From Ptychomitrium polyphyllum (taxonomy: Eukaryota), in contig OZ316776.1 in NCBI GenBank assembly GCA_973851085.1, positions 4,774,001-4,838,000 on the forward strand: a stretch of DNA of 64,000 nt, read 5' to 3'. The notes below the pieces were generated by a model. It was not told the DNA's origin and searched no databases. It saw nothing but the letters and a program-made list of their open reading frames with translations. Of this stretch, positions 54,001-64,000 are shown one piece after another. Position 1 is the stretch's first letter. The number at the start of each line of letters is the position of its first letter. Made by a program: the position numbers and the translations under genes.

Positions 54001-54519
54001 CTCTCGTCACTACCCAGCCAAAAGAACCTGCCAAGCCAGAACTGAATGGAGGCTCCACTTTAGGGTTTCAAAACTACTCTACACTCGTTGCCTTCTACAT
54101 GTACACCACAGCGAACTAATTTCTTGAACGAACTCTTGGATTCACGAAATAGAGTACCCCACAAACATGCGTACGAGTTCAGAGAGGGTCATCCCTAACC
54201 TGGATCATGGCTTCTTGCATCTTCACCCGCTGCATCCAAACTGCACCACCCCCCTGAACCCACCCACTTCTCCCTGCGCAAAACCCTAAACCCTAACAAT
54301 CCATGAACTGCCCAATCTCATACATCACCCAAACCACGAAGCATGCATCGGGGGTAAAAAAAGACCGTTCCTTCAAATCAAACAAGGGAATGCAACCGAA
54401 CCTATCGACTGTGAGGATGGCTTGTTCGGTGGCAGAGCACGAGGTCGAGCGCCAAGACACCCACGCCCATACCCAGAGCCACAGCCATAGCCCGGCTTAC
54501 AACACAAAACTGACTGCAT
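51052..54519 (-). CDS. Uncharacterised plant membrane protein with probable plastid transit peptide (resembles my recollection of Arabidopsis At5g41960), about 7 exons
   Basis: Exons 54519-54402, 54240-54200, 53848-53633, 53462-53383, 52930-52855, 51535-51398, 51186-51052 in frame. GCCGCCATG start context; MCRA cleavage-like site; DDAPFAIAI, AMGIISFIPLFNWLVWVFAWLDT, YAIVYIAPYLRSGLSLSPEDSWLPIAS, EMEQWDEKF. Confidence 0.8.
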
Positions 54520-54615
54520 GGCGGCTGCAGCGACGAAAACCTCGACAGAGAATTGATGCACACGACAGTGAATCCACCTCGCCTTGAGCTCCACGATGGT
54601 GGTGGTGGCGGTGGT

Positions 54616-54663
54616 GTGTCGGCGGTGGTGTCGGCGGTGGTGTCGGCGGTGGTGTCGGCGGTG
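54616..54663. repeat. 12-bp GC-rich tandem repeat (GTGTCGGCGGTG)x4 in the 5' leader/promoter
   Basis: Four perfect units. Confidence 0.9.
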
Positions 54664-56225
54664 ATTCGCTCTGTGCAACTCACAGTCTGTGCTCTTGCAG
54701 AGGGAGATGTGCCACGTGGCGGGGCTGAGGTGACCGCAGCGGAGGGCTCGCATCCACGGCTTTGCTGCTGTGCTCGCTGCCGCTGCAAAGGAGCGCTGGC
54801 CTTCAAGGCCTCATGCAACCCCAGTTTGCTCTGCTCTGCGTCCACCCCGCTGCATTGTTACTTGCATCGGTGTTAGGTACATAAATAAATAATTATCTCA
54901 AAAAACCATCAGAGGCATGCATCCTCATACACCTGCAACTATTTCCATTACTCTTTGAAATCGTTTCCATTCACTTTGCATGAGCTCTTCTTCTGTTAAA
55001 TGTTGCAATCTCAAGTATCTCATGATGTAGGCAAAAGGCAAAAGAAAATGACACATTTACAACAAGACTTTTGTTGTTTAAAAAGAAATATCAACAATAT
55101 TTTAATTATGATTGTTGTCATATAAATAGTTATACATTTGAAAAAAAGAATAATTTAGATGCATGGCTATATGGATTATCTTCATGTTCATACATTACCT
55201 AGTAGTTATTAATTGGTGATGTGTAAGAATTCCTTACCATATAATGTGATATGTACACAATATGTTAGTGCACAATAACAAAAAGATTAAAATCTTACAT
55301 TAACATCATAAATGCAATATTAAGATGTGTGAGTGCTCTTTTAATAAGCATATGGTTTCTTTTTATGGTAGGCTAAGATTCTTATGTCATATTCATACTT
55401 TCTTCCTTTAGTGCAAGTCTTTATTTTTAACAAATACTTCCAATTTAACCTAGTAGACCCCCCTATACATCAACACTCTAAAATTTCTAATATAATAAGC
55501 ATTGGACCTTCAAACTTTGTATTTTAAGATTAAAGCTTACTAAAAATATAATCTTTAAGTTTTATATTCATAACATTCTTCAATCTCACAAAAAAAACCA
55601 AAGCATATAATACAAATTTAACCAATTTAAAGTGTAAGGTAGATGTTACAAAATTATGCACCTAATACATTTCAACATTTTTTAAGTGTATTCTAATATA
55701 TTAGATCCTTGGAAGAAACCCATACACTACTAACTCTACTCTAAATGCTTCACTAATATAAATCCTATAATATAACCTTACATTCAAATACGAACTCAAA
55801 TGCTTTCATATTCCACCTCGTTCTCTTTAAATCTTCAATCTCAGTTGATCTTCCAACTAATGTGGAGCACCTATTACTTAGCCATTTGAAAAATTAATAC
55901 CATTCAATCCAATAAAAAGCCATTACCATGCAATCCAATGAGAAGCCACTACCAAATGGTTCAATAAGGGATTACCACCATTTAATTGCCTAGGAAGTCA
56001 ACATCATCTAAGCCTCATAATCATCCACTAATTATTCACCTACCTCCACTTAATCTATTCACTCAAGTCTCTTTCAACAATACAATTAGATTGTACACTT
56101 TAATCATAAAATAAATATAGAAATGCCTACAATTTAAATCATGAGCAATCCACATTTTGGCACCAATATTTGTGAAAACGCCACATATCACATAAAAATG
56201 TCATAAGTAATATTTTACAAATACG

Positions 56226-58848
56226 TGTTGGGTGAATTCCATTGAACTTCATAGATCAAATAATCTTAGTATATAAGTAGCCACATACCTAAATCATATT
56301 TTTAGATTAATAGGTCAAGTTTTTAAGTTAGATAATAGGAAAATCAAATCATATAAGTATTGTATAAGATACATTAGTAATTTATAGAGTAAACCATATC
56401 TTTCATGTAAGCTCTTACTACTTCTATAAATATCAAGATGGTATCAAAGCTTGAAAGCTTTAATGTCAATTGTTAAATAAAGAAATATCTTTAGCATCAT
56501 TTACAACCTTCATAAAATATATAAAAGTATCATTGAAGAAATTGAAAAGGTGGACAATAAATCTTTAAGAGAAGTCATTGAATCAATATTAAGTTCTAAT
56601 CTGATAGAAATGAATCTTCATATTATAATTCTACATGATCTTGAATACATGTGTTTATTACCATTTTGTTGTAAATTCTCAATTTCAACAAAATTCTTCA
56701 AAATGTGGATTTAAAAAAATTAAGCATTTAACTAAACATCAAATATTAATCAATTGAGTACGAATTGTCTCCATTTAATATTTTAAACCTTTGCAATATG
56801 ACAAAGTTTGGTGGTACACATTTCCATGTGTGAAAATATAATTTATAATTGTTTTTGAAATCAAGAAAATTATTAGTAATAGTGAAAGGTTCTAAAATAG
56901 AACCAATTATTCTACTTCCTACCTCTTGAGGAACTATGATCCATATTCCTACTATAAGACCTAGCAATAAAGAGGCATGGCTAAAAAAAGATGTTCAAAT
57001 TTTGAGTGTAATTATAAATTTTTTAGAATTAAATTGAGTTTTCATATTACTTTAAAAACAAGCGCTAAAGATGCATGAGATGAATTGACTTGTATATATG
57101 GAATTCACCACTTTGTAATAAAAATGTATTTAGAAGAAAATCTAACAACAATGAAAATGAAGGAAAATGACAGTATTACTAAGCATGTATATAATTTCAA
57201 ATCTCTTATAGACCAGTTCTTGAAAGGCGGCATACTCTTAAATGATGAAGATGGAGTAATTGCCCTTATGCAAAGTATACCTTTTAGTTATCAAAATTTC
57301 CTAATTTCGACTACAAGATCAAATTCTTACCTTACAAATTCTATTGGTCTATTTAATTTAGGAAGAAACTATGCTAAAAAATTTAGATGACAGTGTTCAA
57401 AACAAATCAAGTAATTCAAATTATGCTTTAATCTTTGAGCAAAAGCTATGGATAAATAATCAAAGGCCTTTATTAAACCAAAATCAAAACATACTTGACA
57501 AGTTTCTTTAATCAAGGGTACAAAACTTTATTATAATTAAAATTTAAATAAACCAAATAAATATTACAATTAAAAAAATAAAAATCCTATTAATCTTAAT
57601 AAATTCCATGATTTAAGAGAATCTAACACAAGGTTTGGTTTTTATTGTGGAAAATCTAACCATGATTAAAAATATTGAAGAAAATAATCATAGTGAAAAT
57701 AACTAAAGAAATCCACAAAATAATCAATAAGATAATAAATAACTATAACATATGGTTACATTAAATACTATGATTATTTCTAAAAATATTTGGATTGTTG
57801 ATTTAAGCACTATTAAACATATGGCTCACAACAAAATTGCATTAATAAATTATTTATCAACTCCTAAAGGAGTACACACTTATATTATTGATGGTTCATA
57901 CATGAAATACAAAAGATTGGTGAAATTAAAATTCTACTTTATAATAGATGTAAAAAAATATTCTAGAGATACTTCATGTATCCAATATGCAATGCAATTT
58001 ATTTTTGTCAAACAACTTGCTAAGGCAATAGGAACACTTTCAATAAAATTAAATATTGCATATTTGTATAACTCAAGACACTCCTTACTTGCAAAATGTA
58101 CTCTTATTAAAGATTTATATACTCTTAGTAATTCCAAATCGTTATCAAATATGGATGATCAATCTTTGACATTCAAATATCATTTTTTTTTGAAAATTGT
58201 ATTGTAAATTGGACAAACATAAAAAAAAATACTAAGTAATATTAAGTTCTAAAAAAAGTGACTATATGTCACTTTCTAAAGCCTCAACTGAAGCAATTTG
58301 GCTTTTAAGAATTGCTTAATGATATTAATTGTTTACAATTAGATTCAACAATTATCTATGTTAACAATCAAAGTGCTATTCAACTTTTTGAAAATCAAAT
58401 ACTCTATAATCATAGAAAATACATTGACATTCAAATGCGTTTTTTACAAGAACAATAACAAGTTGAAAATGTAAAATTGGTCTGTTGTCATGCCACTCAA
58501 ATGGCTACCAACATTTTAACCCAAAAGTTTATTAGAAGACAAATATCAAACTTGTCTACAACTTATAAGTTTAAACTTAAATAATATTAATATGGAAAAT
58601 ATTTAATTAGAGGGATATTGGAATGAAATCCATTCATCTTCATAGATCAAATAGTTTGGTATATAAATAGTTACATTCCTAAGCCATGTTCATAGATTAA
58701 TAGGTTGTGTCTTTAGGTTAGATGATAGGAAATCCAAACTATATAAGCATTATATAAAACACATTAGTAATATATATAAATATATATATATATATATAAT
58801 AAACCACATCTTTTATATAAGCTCTTATTACTTTTATATATATCAAGA
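56226..58848 (+). mobile_element. Old, internally deleted Ty1/Copia LTR retrotransposon (2.6 kb)
   Basis: LTRs 56226-56438 and 58616-58848; PBS TGGTATCAAAGC (initiator tRNA-Met type) at 56439; PPT AGAGGGA at 58609; TSD ATACG/ATACC; Copia gag (MKMKENDSITKHV..LMQSIPFSY), FYCGKSNH knuckle, protease WIVDLSTIKHM, then directly RNase H remnants (EAIWL, NNQSAIQL, KYIDI). Confidence 0.85.
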
Positions 58849-61425
58849 ATACCAAAGAAACCAACTTGAATGCAATTTTTGCTAAAAAAACTGAAGACCA
58901 AATTTTGAATCCATTTAGTGATAACAATTGGTAAATTCCACTGACTAAAAGTATTTCAAAGAGTTGGAATGTTTATGCAAGGATTAAAAGTATTCTAAGA
59001 AGCTAATCCAATGAATAAAAATGTTCTAGAAGATTCTAAAGACTACCTTGCATGATTTATATTTGTAATAATGTATAGAATTATTATGTTAAATAATTTT
59101 TTGTCTTTACCAATTGCATATTGTATAATTAAAGCATTGTTTAAAGACAAAAAGTAGTATATTTAATTTCAAATTTTAATTGGTAATTACTATAAAGAAT
59201 ATACAAATGCAAAATTCTTTATTGTATGGAATAGAAGTATTTTAATAAAAAAATAAAAAGAAGAATATATAAGATGTAGTAGATAATAAAAATCTCAGTT
59301 GAAAAAATAAACTTATTCAAAAGTGAAGTATACAACTACAATAGGTATATATGAATTGCATTTCAAGTCATAGATCTTGTAAGATCATATTTTTTAAAAA
59401 TCCTTTAAAACAAAAAAAAAATTGAAATGTATGCATGTATCTTTAGACATGTATTGAATGTATTTGTGTAGGTTAATCAAGAATAAGTAGCAAGATGTTG
59501 AATTGCACCATTGATCAAGTGTTTGCAATAAATTTAAATGATATAGATTGTTTTAGAAGTACTTCATCTATTGTGAGCCATTTTTGGCGGAGCAAGTAAA
59601 TAAAGAAATGCAGAATATTTTATTTTAAATAAATCAGTAAAATACTAATTCTTGTATTAAAAGTTTGCAGTTCTAACGAAGAGCTAAGTTTAAGCTCTTG
59701 ACTTCTTTGTGTTGTATGATTCTATTACCTGCTGTAAGGCTATTTTCAAAAACAATGTGATGAATTTGGCCTTGCATTTCATATCCATATGACGTATGGA
59801 AGGAAGCGAAGTGTTTTACATTGCTAAAGGAAACCATGAAGGAAATGCAATTGACGTTAATGATAATGATCAAGTTATAGCTGCATGAGATCTTGTATGA
59901 ATAGGGGCTAATGCTGCATTTGAAGAAGATCTGCAAAATGATGAAGCCCTCAAGGCTTTTTCAAAGAAATGTTTCATGCTTGGGACAAAAACCATTGCTT
60001 ATGAGCATGGTTGCCTATGACAAACCATGATCACTAACGTGACCCAACTTAACATCGCTAAGTAAAATCAATTATCCTTGAGGTCAAAGGAGCTATTCCA
60101 ACTATGTTATTGGCAATATACAAAGTCAATTGGTATTTTCTTTTCAATTTCTATTATATTTATTTTATAAAATATGTAAATCTTTCCATGTGTAAAATGT
60201 TACTTGACGTTTGTCTTTTTCAATGCAATAAAACAACAGTATCTGGCTTAATTTCTATGATTTTTTTTATTACTGTTATAAAACCATTTGAACTACTTAC
60301 GGGTATTATACGCATTTTATGTTCCTTTTGAGATTGATGGTGTGGGCATTTATGTACATCACTTTTTAAGAAATTTGAATTATATTTGCATTTAATAAAT
60401 TAAAAATTAATTATATTTAATTCCCTTTCAATATGTTTTCATTTTTGCTGCATTAATAAGAAAAATAATACCAAATATTTTTCATTTATTTATATTAAAG
60501 CTATATTTCAGGAATTATTTATTGTCCTCTAAATAAAAATAATAATATCAATGAATATATACTATGTTTTTTTAAAAAGTTGTATTTAGCTTGATTTTGT
60601 TTAAATGCTTTCTGAGCATTTGATTTCCATTTGTTTTCTGAATATTTGATGTTTTTCTTGGTTTCAATTACAATATTTTCTAAATTATTTTGGAAAAACT
60701 ATAGTATTTAATTACGGTTCTTGAAATTTTGGAAATTGATATTTGATTAAAATTATTTCTGAAATATCTTAGAAGTTTTAAGTTTTTGTCATTGAAAAAA
60801 ATAATTTAATGCATAGTTTGAAAATAAAGACTAGGTATTTTATATTAGTAGGAGGAAATATTGCAAAATATTGTATTTGATCTTAAAGTACTTCTTGTGA
60901 TATAAAAATCTATTTATAATTATTATATCTTATGATGAATTTGCAAAGCTCAAGTCTTGTTCTTAACTACAAAAAAATTCTATAGTATTACTATGATAAA
61001 ATTGTTAAATGTAGTCTACAAATTGTACATCTTTTAAAGACAATTAAAGTTAAATTTAATTTTTGTAGTAGATTGTTTAAAAAGGTTAGAAAATTTTAAA
61101 AACAAAACAAAAGATAATTACAAATACAAACTAGTATTATTATTACAAGAGTCTTTGGTTGTGAAGAAATTTATAATTGTACAAAGAAAAAAATTTAAAG
61201 TAATTTTTGGAAAATTTAGCTGTTAAGTGCATAAAAAAATATCTTCCATTTAAAATCATTGAAAATATATATACATGCATGCATGTATATTTGTATATAC
61301 ATATGTATGTATAAAAAATGTATAAAAAATGTAGAAATTAAAGCTTATTAATATTAACTTATTTGAAATAAAGGAAATTATTGGAGTTATTTTTGTATTA
61401 TAATTAAATCAAACTCTACAACAAT

Positions 61426-62571
61426 TGTCGTGCACCTCTTTTATAGAAGTGCTTGCAACACTAAGGGCACAAGGGGGACCCCGGAGTGACGTCCGGGACT
61501 TGTGGTGCCAATAATGAGGGGAACCAAGTGGGCTTAGCGTGGGAAGGACCCTGAGGGGAAGATATATCTTTGCCTATGTAGACCGAGGACCACGAGGGAG
61601 AAATCGTGGGCATTAGAGGACTCACAAAGAGTTGATTCTAGAATGCTAAAGATTGCTCAAATCGGACAAGGGAGCTCAAAGATATGGCATCCCAAAGCTG
61701 GGGTTGCCAAAGGGCTGTTCGGGATTGTGGCAGTCCTAGACAGTGACTGTACTGGACTAGGACAGTCCAGGAAGAAACTCCCCAGGAGTTCCGAACCTTG
61801 GGAGAGGCATATCTCCCAGAATACTAAGTCAAATCGGACGTGTGAGGACTCTATCGACATTTGCGCAAAGAGTAAATGACAATAGAGTGGTCGATTGATA
61901 GATTCGGACACCAGACGTGGAAGATACAGTTCCCTGAAGGTCCATAGGAAGTCTTGGAGCCTTCTAGCGGTTAAATCCTAAGGGAGATTGGGTGGTCTTC
62001 CAAAAGTTTGAATGTGTCGGGGTTCAGTCAGTTACAGAGGGCTTATTGGGCCTGCCAAATTCCACAGAGAGTACTACAGGGGAAGGCTGGTCCCCCTCTC
62101 CATTCCCCTAATGTCCCGGTAGGAACCAAGGGTGAGTCCCGGTTGGTGGAGCTAGTGTTGGGGCTTCACCACTGGGACTCCCACACCATTGTAAGCCGGT
62201 GAATGACCGGTTTCACGAAGGGAACTATTGAGGTAAAAATGACAGGCTTGTTACGACTAAGTTGGGGTGGTGTCTTCACGCCGGCACCATAATGGGCCGA
62301 GGTGATCTTAGGATCACATGGAGATTTTAAGTGGTGGTAAGGAGACACCACTAAGTGCGATTAGGCCGTGTGGAATGGAAGTAATACTAAGTGAGGCCTT
62401 GGACATGAATGGAAGTCCGCACCTAACCATTAGCTACCAATCAATTGGGTGTCTTAAGAGAAATGGTAGAGGGACTTGGAGAGTGAAAATGGAGGTTAAC
62501 CATGTGCATATGGAGGTGTACAAGGTTGACGCGCATGACGTTTATTAAGGTGCATTACAAGGGTTGCGAGA
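61426..62571. mobile_element. Solo LTR (1146 bp), same family and orientation as solo LTR C
   Basis: TGTCG..GCGAGA termini; exact TSD ACAAT at 61421-61425 and 62572-62576; colinear with 25758-26904 over its whole length. Confidence 0.92.
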
Positions 62572-64000
62572 ACAATAAGGCTTATGAAGAAAAATTATTT
62601 ATTGGATTATAGATAAAAGAAACAATTTGGAAACCTTATCAAAGACTATGAAAAACCTTTTATATTGTAATGTTTTCAAAATGGAATATCTATTGAAGAA
62701 CCTTATTTTAATTAGGATGTGGTAGAAACTTATTAATGAAGTAAACTTGATGAAAGAATATATAATCATCATTGGACTTTAAGTACTTTATATATTTTAG
62801 CTTGCATAAAAATAATATATTATTTTGTCCATAAAATAAATAAAGGTTAAAAATATAGACCTAAGAAAGTTTTGATACAAGCTTAAATCTTCCAATAGTA
62901 TCTATTTCAATTAGATAAAATTTACTTCAATTTTTGTATATTTAAAAAAAATTCAATATTAAAAAAATAGGTTACTTTAATTATTTTAAAAAAAAAAAGG
63001 AATTGTAGCAACAAATTTTAAGCCTTTAAACATGATACATACTTGAAGTATAATGATATTATTTTCTTCAATTTTTTTTTTTTTATAAGTTAGAATTTTA
63101 TTTATCAAAATTACAACAATTGTCTATTTTTTGATATTTTGAATATTTTTTTGAAGCTCCTATTTGAAGCTAATAGATTGAAAGGTCAAGATTGGTTTTC
63201 ATTCATACACATACCCACACCTTTAAGATCACTTTAAAAATATCTACAACATGTGTTTCTATCATTCATATTTAATTATTATTTTGATCCTATTTGATTA
63301 CTACAATTCAATATTATAACTTAATTTATGTTTTAAATTCATAGTAAAACAAAGAAAATTTCCAATTAAAGTTCACAAGTTAATTTGAGTGAATATATGG
63401 ATGAAGATATGAATGAGAACAAAGTAGATTCAATTTTCAAGCAAAATATTAATATATTAGTTTAAAGGGATGTGAAAATAAAAGATAAGATATATTACAA
63501 TCTTTGAAAAGAAGTTATACTTCTTGTAATAATTATTGTAGTCCAAAATTTAACAAAAGAATTACTTTTCACTAAAGATAAATTTGTAAATTTTCAAAGC
63601 CTTCATAAAATTTTGGAAAAGTTTAAATTGATAAGAAGCTTTTATATTCCACATTGATTTTGTTGCAAGGTATTACATGAATTTATCCAAAATTATAAAA
63701 AACTATCAATGAATCATATCACCAATCAAGTTTGTGTTATACATGTCCTTCAAAACCCCTTGAAATCACCTTTCAAACATAACTCAATTTTTAAATTTTG
63801 TCTCTCTCATTTCACACAAGGTGAGCTTTATTTCGGTGCCAGAAGTAGGAACAATAGGCAAGCCCCGTGAGGGTCTGGAATGGAGGTTTTAATCTTTTTG
63901 TGAAGAGCTAAACAAGTAAACCTGGAACATAACATTGCATCCACCAGTGCTTAACGTCTGTGCTCCTATTGCTGAGAACTAGGAACGGAGCCCCAGAATC

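Noticed and set aside
54281..54296. AAACCCTAAACCCTAA telomere-like sequence
   Set aside because: Only two units in a 5' intron; a common telo-box, not an interstitial telomere.
59680..60000. Coding-like patch in AT-rich DNA
   Set aside because: Multiple stops and no identifiable domain; probably an ancient TE fragment.
25758..62571. One giant 37-kb LTR element bounded by the two matching LTRs
   Set aside because: Each LTR has its own exact TSD on both sides, and the interval contains ordinary intron-bearing genes.

Overview
Eukaryotic, intron-rich land-plant nuclear DNA. Gene content, the Orai homolog and the LTR element types suggest a moss such as Physcomitrium (inference). Genes were reconstructed by hand from splice sites and protein motifs: the first exon of a probable mitochondrial protein (runs off the left edge), a long-chain alcohol oxidase (FAO), a small intronless LysM protein with a bacterial-style motif, a plastid-type Mpv17/PMP22 protein, an SLC4 anion-exchanger-type transporter (not BOR1-type) with a putative plastid transit peptide, an Orai-family channel whose two signature glutamates are replaced, a TMKL1-like LRR pseudokinase, an ATL-type RING-H2 ligase and an uncharacterised membrane protein. 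Mobile DNA: a decayed 9.6-kb Ty3/Gypsy chromovirus (TSD CTTTA) carrying three nested solo LTRs, an internally deleted Ty1/Copia element with TG..GA termini, and a second copy of one of the solo LTRs. Best leads are the E-to-Q Orai, the putatively plastid-targeted SLC4, the LysM protein and a solo LTR carrying heat-shock elements. Exon boundaries and alignments were done by eye and need confirmation.
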